DNA of 64,000 bases, from IMG/VR virus record IMGVR_UViG_3300010885_060749; one strand, given 5' to 3'. Source of the stretch: an uncultured virus (IMG/VR IMGVR_UViG_3300010885_060749). Lineage: Duplodnaviria; Heunggongvirae; Uroviricota; Caudoviricetes. A program made the position numbers and the translations under genes. The notes beneath the pieces are model-generated. The model was given only the letters and a program-made list of their open reading frames with translations. It had not been told where the DNA came from and ran no database searches. Positions within the stretch are counted from its first letter, which is position 1. Each line of letters opens with the position of its first letter. Below, piece after piece: positions 19,759 to 29,724 of this stretch.

Positions 19759-21270
19759 TTAGGACCCCACCGTGAATCTTACGTTTTTATCTTCGACAAT
19801 GTACTCCGATCCTTGATCGATTACCAGATAATCTACTGTCATTAGCTTACCAGCTGGTAAGCCGTCGGTGTAAAGATCAAAGAACAAACCTGAAGCATCA
19901 TTTGAAAGTCTTGTTCCACCTCGATCTCTCTCAAAAGGAACATAGACATTACTCTCTATGTCTCTTATCCTGTAGTACATCTCTGGAAGCGCGCTCTTAA
20001 CGGGCTTGGGAACACGAACAGCAGACGGTTCGTAGTTCGAATCATACGCGAAGACTCGTAAGCGATGGGACGAATTAGCATCGTACTTCGACCTGAAGTT
20101 TGTTGTCTTAATCGAAAGTTGCCGCGGAACTGCACTCAGAGCTGTTCTCTCTGGCATCGAGCATGTTAGAAAAGTTGAGAGATAGACCACGCTTCCATCT
20201 ATCGATTGCCATTTTTCGCTGAAAGTGATGGACCCTGAGGCTCGCGCGTAATCAGAAATTTTGAGAGTCCCTGTTACGACCGAGCTGTCTTGCGCCGAGA
20301 TGAAGAAGGATCCAACGTAAGAACCTGGTTTTTGGAACGAACTGACTGTCTGCTGTGAAGCAGAAATGATCTTTGTGAAAGATCCAGTGGAAAGAACGAT
20401 GCGCAAGCAGTTCGATCCCGTGATACTCTGGGAAGATGAAAGCAAGTTGCTCGCCACAGACCCGACCACGTTGTTGAGATATAAAGATCCAGAAGCATCA
20501 AAGAAAGAAGATATATGCGCATCGAAGATTGCACTATTCGAGCTGACTTCTAAGTGAGGGACCAGCTCTTTGTTAGTCACATGCCTTGAAGCAAACCTCT
20601 TGACGAACCTCGTCGTCTGATCAGTCTCCTGGCTGGATGTGAAAGCTACGACAAAACCATAGTTCGGTATCAAGTTTGAGATTGTTGCGGATACCACGTC
20701 GGTTACGTCAACGAAAAGATCCTCATTACCAACAACAAACTGCTGCTTTGACTCAAGGCTTCTAAGTCCTAGACCGTCTTGAAGATTACCTGATGAGAAA
20801 TAATCTACCCCGGTGTCTCCTACAGCTCCAGATCCGTAAGCTCCGGAGATCGACCATAGAACTCCAGATGAAGAGCTAAGATAGTTGCAAGAGTCGATAT
20901 CCGTGAATGAAGCTACATCACGACCGAAACCTTCACTAAAGTCTCTCGCGAGCGGAAAAACTGAGACGGTGAAATTTTGCGGAACAGGCAAGTTCGTTGC
21001 AACTGATCTCAATCTAAGACGTGCCGTGAAAGTGCTAGAATTCACGTCAAGAGACCCAGAAGAGAGAGAAACCAAACGAGAGATGTCAAACTTTAGGAGC
21101 AGTCGAGAGAGTTCTGTGTGTCCGCCTGTTGATCCAGAGAGAGTCTCGTCATAGAGCTTAAAAAGATCAAGAGTTCCCGCTCGTCCGACGTTAGCGTCTT
21201 TAACGCGAGATCCATCGACTATCTTATTCGTGATGTAAGTGTCAGCTGAAGCTGTTGCGATTATGTACAT
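19759..21270 (-). CDS. Baseplate-region protein with DNRLRE-like beta-sandwich domain
   Basis: A.ADTYI...N.G...SRLLLKFD...ARLRL...EG.G and VDVTDVV...NYGFVV patterns. Confidence 0.55.
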   Translation of the reverse strand: MYIIATASADTYITNKIVDGSRVKDANVGRAGTLDLFKLYDETLSGSTGGHTELSRLLLKFDISRLVSLSSGSLDVNSSTFTARLRLRSVATNLPVPQNFTVSVFPLARDFSEGFGRDVASFTDIDSCNYLSSSSGVLWSISGAYGSGAVGDTGVDYFSSGNLQDGLGLRSLESKQQFVVGNEDLFVDVTDVVSATISNLIPNYGFVVAFTSSQETDQTTRFVKRFASRHVTNKELVPHLEVSSNSAIFDAHISSFFDASGSLYLNNVVGSVASNLLSSSQSITGSNCLRIVLSTGSFTKIISASQQTVSSFQKPGSYVGSFFISAQDSSVVTGTLKISDYARASGSITFSEKWQSIDGSVVYLSTFLTCSMPERTALSAVPRQLSIKTTNFRSKYDANSSHRLRVFAYDSNYEPSAVRVPKPVKSALPEMYYRIRDIESNVYVPFERDRGGTRLSNDASGLFFDLYTDGLPAGKLMTVDYLVIDQGSEYIVEDKNVRFTVGS

Positions 21271-23108
21271 CAGAGTGCCGTCCCGATAATGTCATTCTGG
21301 GGATATCTAAGCTCAAAAATACTTCCGGGTGGTCCAAAGACCACACCTCGCTTCGTGTACTGCTTGACGTTATGAGTCACGTTCGAGTACGTTCTTTCCT
21401 GAATCACCCCACTAAGACTTTCGACCTTAAGGTCGACTAGGGTCAATACCCCGGGGGTGTTGATTATGACGTTCTGCATGTCTGATAGCATGATCGGCTG
21501 ATCGATCTGGAAGTTATTTACGGTCAGAATTCCAGTAAGTCTCGAAATAACGGACTGCAGTGTGGTTGATTTGTTGGCGTTAGGTGAAATGAAAACAGTG
21601 AACTTAACGCGGAAGTTGATCACTTTAGCGTCAAGAACGTCTATCGCATCGCTGATCAGTCTATACTCATTAAGATAGACTCGTAGGTTCTTCTTAAGAG
21701 TATCAGGAGAGACCGTTAAGAATCCCGAGCTGTCCTTCGAACAGATGAAGAGTTGGCTTGCCAGAGGATTGTCTGGATTCGGCCTAACGGCAGCTCGATA
21801 GGCTCTCCCGAGCTTTGTTGGAAGCGTGTACACTCTAGAGATCAGGTCCTCTTTTGTAACGATTCTCTCTTGCTGATTTCTAGCGGCAGGAATCTGAGAA
21901 CGAATTTCTTCGAGAGTCGGCGCATTGCTGCCTCCTGAAGCAGGCGAATCGTTTCTAACATCGAACGTGGTTCTGATGGAGGAAGCGACCGACGCAGGAC
22001 ATGCATCCGGAAATTCCATCTTAAGCGTCTGTATTCCACGAATTGTTCGCGCGGCAACGTTATGAGATGCTCCGCCTCCGTATCGATAAGTCACTGTTAT
22101 TGTAGTATTCTCGGGTTTGACGCCCAAAGTTTTCGTGTTTAGAAGCGAGCTTGGGTCGATGCTAAAACGACTTAAAGTTGAAGTTCCGTAGAGCGGCAGA
22201 GCCAAAGTTTCAGGATCTGGAATCGCATCATCAGCCGTGGTAAGAGCAGTTCCACCCCCGAACTGTATCTTGGACTTTCTAGATGTCACATCGAAGTTAT
22301 GAACAAATCTTCTTGGAGCCGGAATAACCTCGATGGATCTGGAAACTTCTTCGGAATCGACAGAAAGATTTGGGAAAGTTCTAAAAACGGTGTCCTGACT
22401 TAAAGTTTGAACTTCGTAGTAAACATTCCCTTCTGAGTCAACGACCTCCACAATTTCGCTCGGGTCAGAATTTCCAAGTGAAATTGTGAAAAATGGATCT
22501 GGATTTGCTGCTATCTCGAAAGATTCGATCGCAATCTTTCCGGATACGCATGAGACGTCACGCTTCATTACGAAGCTTGAGGGATTTCCGGATGCGTCAA
22601 CGTTTCCAACCACGTATTTCGACGCAAGCCCACCAAGTCGATTTTTCTCAGCAAAATCGACGTCCTCGGCAGTCGAGAATATGATTCCAGCTGATGACGC
22701 CAAAAGCGTGCTCTGGAGAACTTTAGGAAGAGTGTCCTCATCTGGGACGTATTCCCCATCGATAAATCTTGAAGGAACTTCTACGAACATCGATACTGTA
22801 GCGACCGAAGGAGAAGCTCCTTTCGGTTTGATTCCAGCTTCAGTTATCATCCTTGAAACGTTCGCGTTCTCGACAGCTGTCGACCATGACATTTCTCTGA
22901 ACTGGTGATCGAGATAAAATGACATCGAGTCTGCCACGGAAGCAGCCATATCGAGCATCAAACCACCGACGCTTGCTTCCGAGAAGTCTTGTATTTTGTC
23001 TCCGAAATACGTTCTAGCGTATCTCAGGAGATCGCCTCTGAAAGAATCGAAATCTTTGTTAAGATACGTTCGATTTCTCAAGTTCTTAAGCTGCTGGTCA
23101 CCCGCCAT
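21270..23108 (-). CDS. Baseplate wedge subunit (T4 gp6 / baseplate J-like)
   Basis: YLNKDFDSFRGDLLRYARTYF..IQDFSEASVGGLMLDMAA.V.D.MSFYLD; YRYGGG..HNV; ASGG..APTLEEIR...QERIVTKED. Confidence 0.9.
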   Translation of the reverse strand: MAGDQQLKNLRNRTYLNKDFDSFRGDLLRYARTYFGDKIQDFSEASVGGLMLDMAASVADSMSFYLDHQFREMSWSTAVENANVSRMITEAGIKPKGASPSVATVSMFVEVPSRFIDGEYVPDEDTLPKVLQSTLLASSAGIIFSTAEDVDFAEKNRLGGLASKYVVGNVDASGNPSSFVMKRDVSCVSGKIAIESFEIAANPDPFFTISLGNSDPSEIVEVVDSEGNVYYEVQTLSQDTVFRTFPNLSVDSEEVSRSIEVIPAPRRFVHNFDVTSRKSKIQFGGGTALTTADDAIPDPETLALPLYGTSTLSRFSIDPSSLLNTKTLGVKPENTTITVTYRYGGGASHNVAARTIRGIQTLKMEFPDACPASVASSIRTTFDVRNDSPASGGSNAPTLEEIRSQIPAARNQQERIVTKEDLISRVYTLPTKLGRAYRAAVRPNPDNPLASQLFICSKDSSGFLTVSPDTLKKNLRVYLNEYRLISDAIDVLDAKVINFRVKFTVFISPNANKSTTLQSVISRLTGILTVNNFQIDQPIMLSDMQNVIINTPGVLTLVDLKVESLSGVIQERTYSNVTHNVKQYTKRGVVFGPPGSIFELRYPQNDIIGTAL

Positions 23109-23111
23109 TTA

Positions 23112-23594
23112 TCATCCCGTAAAGTTGAATGTGATTGATAGTGTCTGCTGCGTCAAGTTTGCGCGTGGCACAGAGTAAGTAATTGCTAATTTTATCTTTG
23201 AAAGAGCTGTTAGCCCAGCATCCTGGGGAGTTGCGATAAAATTTTCAAGAATTACGAACGGCATATACTTCGAGACAGCAGCGCTGATCCTTCTCATTGC
23301 TTCCTGGTCACCGTCTTCTGAAGCAAGCTCATGTAGAATGGGCTTTAGATTAGCTCCGAAATCCACAAATCCGAGCCTCTCATTACGATTAGTGAGGATC
23401 AAGTTCGCTAGATTGTCTCTTATCTGGTCCCCAAGAGAACGATGCATCCTGAAGATTCCATCCTCGGTACTTCCAAGCTCTAGCGGAGTCTTAATTCCGA
23501 TCGGAGGGGCGGTGACAACCGCTTTGCTGCGCTCATCAAAGTCAGATTTTTTTGTTCCGACACTGTTGAAGCTGTAAGATCTTGCTTGTGCCAC
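23112..23594 (-). CDS. Baseplate wedge gp25/gpW-like protein
   Basis: QIRDNLANLILTNRNER...DFGANL..ILHE; GTG at 23594 after GAGAGGA SD preferred to the track start at 23612. Confidence 0.85.
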   Translation of the reverse strand: MAQARSYSFNSVGTKKSDFDERSKAVVTAPPIGIKTPLELGSTEDGIFRMHRSLGDQIRDNLANLILTNRNERLGFVDFGANLKPILHELASEDGDQEAMRRISAAVSKYMPFVILENFIATPQDAGLTALSKIKLAITYSVPRANLTQQTLSITFNFTG

Positions 23595-23611
23595 CGGAGT
23601 TCCTCTCAACA

Positions 23612-23633
23612 TAAATAGAGCGATCCTCTATTT
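23612..23633 (-). promoter_or_regulatory. Candidate late-promoter motif TATTTA overlapping an 8-bp hairpin
   Basis: TAnTTA at 23612-23617; inverted repeat AAATAGAG-cgatc-CTCTATTT at 23613-23633. Confidence 0.45.
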
Positions 23634-23650
23634 TCGTGAATCGCTTAGCG

Positions 23651-25123
23651 TCACTCTCCGTAGATGATCGTTGAACCAAGACCTATAGCTGCAGTCTTAA
23701 GCTGTACTTGTTTCGTCAGAATTGAAGCTTGCAAGCTCGTTGCTGCTACAGTCAATGTTGTTCCAGCGATAACTGCTCCAGGGACGGGACCTCCTGCATT
23801 CGCTGACGTCGTAAGAGAGCTTGCGACAGTTGTGAGCTGCGTGCAGAAATTGTTGATATCAGCCAGTATGCTATTAAGGAAATCGACGAGAACGCTGTAC
23901 TTGACGTACGGTTCTTTTGCTCCTTTCGAAGCGTATGACATCAATCTAATTTGCTTTCCAGACAGATGTAGAACTCCAGTTTCATGAAGGATAACTGAAG
24001 CGCCGTCGAGCTTTGCCGCTCCAGACTCGTTCGTACTCGGTTCCTTCATGATTATGATTGAACCAGGATCTTTTTTCTCTCTGTTAAAAAGACCCTCGAA
24101 CCCCTTCGCTTCAGGTAACGTTCTACTTCCCCTTGAAATTAAGCGAAGATTGTCAGCTTTTAAGACGGCGAACGATCCGTTGCTCTTCTTACTCGCAGGA
24201 AAACCTAGAAATCCAGCATCCGACGGAAGCTTAAGAGAAAGAAGATTGTCTGGATGATTCTTTTTGTCTTGTGAGGTTCCAGCAACTAGATAAAGTCGGG
24301 CTGCGTCCTCTTTGAAATCTGCATCGCCTTCGGTCGGTCTATTGGTTCGCTTATCGTTCTCTGGAGTATTCAAAAATGAATCTTTTATCTCAGTTGCAGC
24401 TGTAACTGGTCGACCGCCTCTACCGACAACGATGTCAATGGCTCCCATATTGGGATCAACGTCGTCGTCGTTTGCGCTAAACTTGATCGAATCAGAGTTA
24501 GCTGCAAAATGACCTCGAGCCTCTCCTAGCATTATCAACGTGTTGTTGGAACCTTGAAGGATCAAGTCACCAGCTCTCTTGTTGTAACGAGGAACTGCCT
24601 CAAATCTATGAGTTTCTTTCGCGTACTCAAGAACTTTGACCATTTCTTCAGGATCGGTCGTTGGGCTTTCTATCGTTGATTGATCATCAGACTCATCTTC
24701 TTCATTAGAAAATTTTGCAGAGAGAGATTTTGGCTCTTTGACAGCGGGTTGTCCGTACGTTCTCTTAAAGAAAGTGAAGTTTGTGTCTTCAACGTGATTA
24801 GGAGCACTGACTCTTGACATCCAATAGCCGACACCTCCACCCTTGTTGTCTGCATTCTCATACACGAACCAGACTTCTTCTCCGGGTTTAAGAGGAAGGC
24901 AAAAGTGAGAAGAGAAGAAAGGATAGCAAACAATCTCTCTATCACTCTGCTTTGACTCTCCCATCGAGATCGGCTTCACAACTGCTGAATTTCTTGGAAT
25001 CTCTGCGTAAGCAGGTGTGAAGACAAGCGATTTATAGTCGCTAAGAGATCTTCTGCGATCAGTAAGTCCTGAAACTGTGTTAACAACATCAACGACAAGA
25101 CCGCGAAAGAAAACTGTCGACAT
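23651..25123 (-). CDS. Baseplate hub/spike protein (gp5/VgrG-like OB-fold N-terminus)
   Basis: CYPFF...LPLKPGEEVWFVY...YW; GDLILQGSNNTLIMLG; lies directly upstream of gp25 and gp6-like genes. Confidence 0.7.
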   Translation of the reverse strand: MSTVFFRGLVVDVVNTVSGLTDRRRSLSDYKSLVFTPAYAEIPRNSAVVKPISMGESKQSDREIVCYPFFSSHFCLPLKPGEEVWFVYENADNKGGGVGYWMSRVSAPNHVEDTNFTFFKRTYGQPAVKEPKSLSAKFSNEEDESDDQSTIESPTTDPEEMVKVLEYAKETHRFEAVPRYNKRAGDLILQGSNNTLIMLGEARGHFAANSDSIKFSANDDDVDPNMGAIDIVVGRGGRPVTAATEIKDSFLNTPENDKRTNRPTEGDADFKEDAARLYLVAGTSQDKKNHPDNLLSLKLPSDAGFLGFPASKKSNGSFAVLKADNLRLISRGSRTLPEAKGFEGLFNREKKDPGSIIIMKEPSTNESGAAKLDGASVILHETGVLHLSGKQIRLMSYASKGAKEPYVKYSVLVDFLNSILADINNFCTQLTTVASSLTTSANAGGPVPGAVIAGTTLTVAATSLQASILTKQVQLKTAAIGLGSTIIYGE

Positions 25124-25485
25124 TACTTCTTGATCCTTTCAAAGATTTCTTCTTCTGAGATCTCAACGCTTGAGCTCTCTGATTCAGAGATTTGCTTTGA
25201 TAAGTTAAGTAACTGCTCGTTGCTTTTTGACATACGCTCAAGGTACTTGGTTAAAGTTTGTCCAAGCGTTGCGTGATCAGCAGCTGACCCACCCATCTGT
25301 GAATAAAGATCAGTGAAAAGAATGTGAGCGTTAGTTCGATCTACTACAGCATTCTCGTAGATTTCTTTCCAAAGCATCTTTTTCTTTTCTGAAGCATTCT
25401 CGATTCCGTCCAAAATATCAGAAAACTGCTCGACTTTCTTGTCGTTTTCCTTCAGCTTCTCGAGCATCTTGTCTATCGTTCCCAT
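25123..25485 (-). CDS. Hypothetical helical protein (120 aa)
   Basis: ORF coupled to both neighbours. Confidence 0.65.
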   Translation of the reverse strand: MGTIDKMLEKLKENDKKVEQFSDILDGIENASEKKKMLWKEIYENAVVDRTNAHILFTDLYSQMGGSAADHATLGQTLTKYLERMSKSNEQLLNLSKQISESESSSVEISEEEIFERIKK

Positions 25486-26204
25486 CAGAGAAACCCTCCA
25501 GTACCTTTAGTTATTGTCCTGTAGTGTTTCCTGATGACTGACATCGCAGATCCTAACTGCTTTTGATTCAAATTCGAGATGTTCTTGACGTAGACAAAGA
25601 CAGCTCTCTTATTCAGGAAATCAAGATCGTCGATCTGCTCAAACACAGTTATGATAGCATCGATGCAAGCCTGCTCATGTGGTTGATTAAGAGACTTCTT
25701 GATCTTTCGAAGCATCTCAAGTATAGCATCTCGTTGTCCAGCACTTACTATCTGATCCTCTGGCGTTGATCCGATGAGAGTATTGTGGTACATCTCAGCT
25801 TCAGCTGATTTGCTTTCCTTCAGATCTTCTATCGATACGAATCTCTTAATCTTCTTCTGACGGTTCTTTGATGATATTACGAGCCAATTTCTAGCCACAA
25901 CGTTGAAGTACGAAAAAGCTTTTGTCCCGCGAGTCGCGTCAAATTTATGCAAAGACTCGTAGAGAAAAGTGACGCAGTCATTCTTCATGTGCTCAATTGG
26001 CTCATTGGGACTAGCGAAACCGTAGATGAAGATCAAACTTTCAACCAGCTTATCAAAAGCTGGCATAATCTTCCTGAGATAAAGCTCGTGTCGAATCTCA
26101 TTCTCTGTAGCTAGCTGAAACAGCTCGATCGCTTTCTGAGTGTTAGCATCAAAGTATAGGGTTCCCGTTCCGTTACCCCTCTTTATTATTCTCTTCGTTC
26201 CCAC
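25485..26204 (-). CDS. Phage RNA polymerase sigma factor (gp55-like, probable late sigma)
   Basis: Region-2-like DCVTFLYESLHKFDATRGTKAFSYFNVVARNWL; GTG at 26204 preferred to the track start at 26306. Confidence 0.75.
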   Translation of the reverse strand: MGTKRIIKRGNGTGTLYFDANTQKAIELFQLATENEIRHELYLRKIMPAFDKLVESLIFIYGFASPNEPIEHMKNDCVTFLYESLHKFDATRGTKAFSYFNVVARNWLVISSKNRQKKIKRFVSIEDLKESKSAEAEMYHNTLIGSTPEDQIVSAGQRDAILEMLRKIKKSLNQPHEQACIDAIITVFEQIDDLDFLNKRAVFVYVKNISNLNQKQLGSAMSVIRKHYRTITKGTGGFL

Positions 26205-26487
26205 TGTCTTCTTCCTGTATTGAGGTAAGTTGATTTGCGACATACAGCACGGCTTCACGTGATTTTCTGATGTCTTCGACTGCCCTCTTGATCTCGGGAG
26301 AATCATAGAAGAGGGGAATTTTCAGTATCTTAGATATTGATTCGTAGCGTTTATCGAGAACATCAAGTGATTCCTCAATCGCATCTTGAACCCTAAAGAT
26401 TGCTGACGCAGCTCGAAATGCAAAAATCGAGACAAACGCAAGCAAAACAGTTTCTAAGAAGATTATCGTACCAAGAGCCCAGATCAT
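26173..26487 (-). CDS. Small membrane-anchored protein
   Basis: Hydrophobic N-terminus IWALGTIIFLETVLLAFVSIFAF followed by a helical segment. Confidence 0.65.
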   Translation of the reverse strand: MIWALGTIIFLETVLLAFVSIFAFRAASAIFRVQDAIEESLDVLDKRYESISKILKIPLFYDSPEIKRAVEDIRKSREAVLYVANQLTSIQEEDSGNEENNKEG

Positions 26488-27644
26488 GCTAAAAATTGAC
26501 CCAGCGCTCTTTCGTATTCTTCGTTGATAGCTTGAGGGCTGTGGCTTACCTTTAACTTCTCAGCAAGCTCTTGTGCCCACTGACGAGGAACATCCGGCGA
26601 AGACTTCAGCTTTCTTAGCTTTTTCTTAAAATCTTGCTCTCTAACATTTGCCCACTTTGATCCACGCATCCAGATGTGCTCATCGCATCTAGACTCATGG
26701 ACTTCTTCCAGGTCGTACTCAAATTTGACGAACTTTCCTAACTTCATGAAGTCCATGTGTCCAGTACCGTCAGTTGCCGCGACTGGGAGACCTGATGCTG
26801 ATGCCTCAAGAAGTGGTAGCCCGAAACCCTCTCCACGAGTTGGAGAAACAAGAGCTTTGATCTTTGGATGCTTGTAAAGACCAACAATCTCATCGTTAGA
26901 CATCATTCCGTGAATAATATGAACTTTCGGGAACGGTCCTCGTCTGACCTCTGAGACAGCTTTCGAGATCATATTCTGAACTCCGTCCCAATCGACACGC
27001 GTTCCACGACCCACGTTGGTCTTAAGGACTATTCCAACGTCAGGATCATTCGCAAATTCCTCACAGAGCCACTTCAACGCAAAAAAGATATTCTTTCTGT
27101 CGTTGAAAGGGTTGTTCCCTGTCATAGTTCCTAAAATCAAGAAATTGAAATTTGTTTCAAGCTGCAAATCAAGCTTGTGATTTGATGTGATAACTTCGTT
27201 GGTGAAGCTTTCAGGAATCACAAGAACAGGTGTCCTCACGTTGCCTGAATTTCTTAAGGTCTTTTCACAAAACGTTGACGGCATAACGACGACATTCATT
27301 CTGTTGCAAGCATCGACCCAGCCAGAATAGCACTTGTCAGCTTCCACAAGTGCAGTGATTCCTACGTTAAAATTAGCTAGATTGGTGTCCCACTCGTTTG
27401 GGAGTTGAATCTGAAATGAAACATCAAATTTTTGGTCAACAGCTCCAGTTCTCTTCATGATCTCGCTGACAAGACCACCCTCGGCATCAGGATTCACGTA
27501 CCAGCTCGTGCTGCCCCAAGGAAGCACCTGAACCACTATCTGGTCCTCAGAGTGCTTGCTAAGTAACCAACGGAAAACTTGACGCGCATGATTTCCGTAA
27601 CCAGACTCGCTAAGAAGCGGACCACGTACTAGAATCTTCTTCAT
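26484..27644 (-). CDS. Glycosyltransferase, GT4-like
   Basis: SGYG N-terminal loop; RKN; PTRGEGFGLPLLEASASGLPV (EX7E). Confidence 0.9.
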   Translation of the reverse strand: MKKILVRGPLLSESGYGNHARQVFRWLLSKHSEDQIVVQVLPWGSTSWYVNPDAEGGLVSEIMKRTGAVDQKFDVSFQIQLPNEWDTNLANFNVGITALVEADKCYSGWVDACNRMNVVVMPSTFCEKTLRNSGNVRTPVLVIPESFTNEVITSNHKLDLQLETNFNFLILGTMTGNNPFNDRKNIFFALKWLCEEFANDPDVGIVLKTNVGRGTRVDWDGVQNMISKAVSEVRRGPFPKVHIIHGMMSNDEIVGLYKHPKIKALVSPTRGEGFGLPLLEASASGLPVAATDGTGHMDFMKLGKFVKFEYDLEEVHESRCDEHIWMRGSKWANVREQDFKKKLRKLKSSPDVPRQWAQELAEKLKVSHSPQAINEEYERALGQFLA

Positions 27645-28882
27645 ATCGTGACTTTCTCCCAGGACTTGTAACGACTTTTCCAGTTTTCTATTGTCTCGTT
27701 CAGAGTTTCATGCCATCTATCAATCACATTTTGGTAAGAGAACTCGCTCTGAACGTATGCTCTTGCCTTTTGACCAAGCTTCTTTCTTTCGTCTGGATCC
27801 ATTCTGTACATCTTCTCTATCGCATCAGCCACAGTTTCATTTGAAACGTAGTCTTCGTAAATGTACGGAACAATTTGCGAGCCGACGCAAGTCTTGAATT
27901 CAACTGGAAGAGCTATTCCATTCTCAGTTCCATCTCGATGATCGACAACCTGCCTAGTCAGGCCTCCAGTTTTAACAGCGATAATCGGATTTCCACATTG
28001 CATAGCCTCAAGAGTCGGGAGACCGAATCCCTCTGCGTATGAGATGTTCATGCAAGCATCTGAGATGTTGTGCAGGACATTCATCTTTTCAAAGTCTATT
28101 CTGTCAGTTGAAAAGATAACGCTATCTTGAACTCCGAACATCTTGACAACTTCGTGAAGATTCGGGCCCTCTTGGTCGAAAGGATCTGTGTGCATGATAA
28201 GAACTGCGTCTTTCTTACCTTGAGCGATCATTCTCTTAATGAAGATAGACCAAGCTTCGATCACATCAGAGGGTCTCTTACGACGGGCATTTCTGTTGAC
28301 CCAAAAAAGAGTGAAGAAGTCCTTCTTGCTCTCTCCTAAAATTTCACGCTTGTTTATCTTGATCTGAGATTCTGGAAGCGGGTAAAAAAGCTGATCTGGA
28401 AGAGCGTGCGGAACGAAGTTTGTCTTCTCTGGAAAGTCTTGCTTACAGATTTCGTATGTAAGGTACGAGTGACAGTTGATTAGATCTGTCGATTTATAGA
28501 AGGGAGCATTGAACGAAGGCTTCGGCCAGTTGTCCCAAACGTGCCACCATGCTATTGGACAGACCTGGTGTATCTCGTCTTCCATCTCAAAAAGCCACGT
28601 AAAGAAACGCGGGTCCGTGAATATTAGGATAAGATCGGGCTTCTCTGTTGCTAGAGTGATCCTGAGCATCTCCTTCGTACCGAATCCGTCAATGGGTTTG
28701 ATGATGAAATCTTCATTAACGACAATGGTTCGATAATCAGCGTGCTTCATCGCTGCTCCGAACTGCCTAAATGTCCATTCTCCCTTCTGGAGAAGTCCAT
28801 TTATGAGATGCCTTGTTTGAGTTCCAACGCCAGACGTTGAAAGAGCATGATCTGATAGGACTAAAATCTTCTTCTTACGCAA
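27641..28882 (-). CDS. Glycosyltransferase, GT4-like
   Basis: NRNARRKR; SYAEGFGLPTLEAMQCGNPII; TTG start at 28882 after AGGAGG. Confidence 0.9.
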   Translation of the reverse strand: MRKKKILVLSDHALSTSGVGTQTRHLINGLLQKGEWTFRQFGAAMKHADYRTIVVNEDFIIKPIDGFGTKEMLRITLATEKPDLILIFTDPRFFTWLFEMEDEIHQVCPIAWWHVWDNWPKPSFNAPFYKSTDLINCHSYLTYEICKQDFPEKTNFVPHALPDQLFYPLPESQIKINKREILGESKKDFFTLFWVNRNARRKRPSDVIEAWSIFIKRMIAQGKKDAVLIMHTDPFDQEGPNLHEVVKMFGVQDSVIFSTDRIDFEKMNVLHNISDACMNISYAEGFGLPTLEAMQCGNPIIAVKTGGLTRQVVDHRDGTENGIALPVEFKTCVGSQIVPYIYEDYVSNETVADAIEKMYRMDPDERKKLGQKARAYVQSEFSYQNVIDRWHETLNETIENWKSRYKSWEKVTI

Positions 28883-28921
28883 GAAATTGCCTCCTTGAAG
28901 AAAACTATGATTTCTGCGCAA

Positions 28922-28927
28922 TAAGTA
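28922..28927 (-). promoter_or_regulatory. Candidate late-promoter motif TACTTA upstream of the GT4 pair and sigma gene
   Basis: TAnTTA in the intergenic gap, 39 nt from the start codon. Confidence 0.4.
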
Positions 28928-28929
28928 AA

Positions 28930-29724
28930 TTAGGTGCAGTGTTCTGTGTTCACGTAAGGGCAGTACAAGCATGACTGTCGATTCTTGACTTTCACGCCCT
29001 TACGCATCCCAGCGATAGTGTTCGAGACAAGTTTGTTCGCTTTCTGCATCGCCACAGGTCCGACAGATACAGTGAAGAGTTCAACGCACTTTCCGGGTTT
29101 CGCTCCCTTCTTCAGAAGGATGTATCCACACTTAACATAGCGAGCGCCGTCAAAAAGATCCCTATGCTTGTTCATCAGGTAGGACTTGTAGAGAGCAACC
29201 TGCGCTAGGGTGAGTGGGTTCTGCTTCTTGTCTGCTGACCAGCCCCCTGCGCCCGCCGTCTTCCAGTCTAGAACCCAGAGATCGTAACCACCCTTCTCAC
29301 GAGGAACCTTGATGATGCAGTCAACGAATCCCTTGAAGTAAGCATCTCGATCCTCAATCGACTCGTAGAGCGCTTCCTCGGCAGACACCGTCTCCCACCC
29401 TGGGAAAGTCTCATCAAGCCATGCAGGAACTTCCTCGAGCGCATTCTTTGCCCATGTCGCCCACTTCTCAACCTCAGGGAATCCCTTGGAATCCCAAGCT
29501 GAAACGATGTCCATCAGGCAACGATCGACGTCCATGACTCGTGTCTTCAGGTAACCTTCACAGGCTGAGTGAACAGACGTTCCAAAATCAAGATGCTCAC
29601 TCGGCTTATCGAGGTTGATCTTCTTGATCTGCTGGAGATAGTGCCTGAATGGACACTCATTCCAATTTCGGACTTCCGAGTACGAGACGTGAGCTTTACC
29701 AGTAGGTAGAAGAGTATCAGACAA
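28930..29724 (-). CDS. PD-(D/E)XK nuclease, Cas4/RecB-like with Fe-S cysteine pattern
   Basis: SYS...CP; FGTSVH; KGFVD...VLDWKT; Q..LY; C-terminal CLYCPY...C; TTG start at 29724 after GGAGGGAG. Confidence 0.85.
   Translation of the reverse strand: MSDTLLPTGKAHVSYSEVRNWNECPFRHYLQQIKKINLDKPSEHLDFGTSVHSACEGYLKTRVMDVDRCLMDIVSAWDSKGFPEVEKWATWAKNALEEVPAWLDETFPGWETVSAEEALYESIEDRDAYFKGFVDCIIKVPREKGGYDLWVLDWKTAGAGGWSADKKQNPLTLAQVALYKSYLMNKHRDLFDGARYVKCGYILLKKGAKPGKCVELFTVSVGPVAMQKANKLVSNTIAGMRKGVKVKNRQSCLYCPYVNTEHCT

Noticed and set aside
28930..29724. CRISPR-Cas system
   Set aside because: Only a solo Cas4-like nuclease; no repeat-spacer array or other cas genes seen
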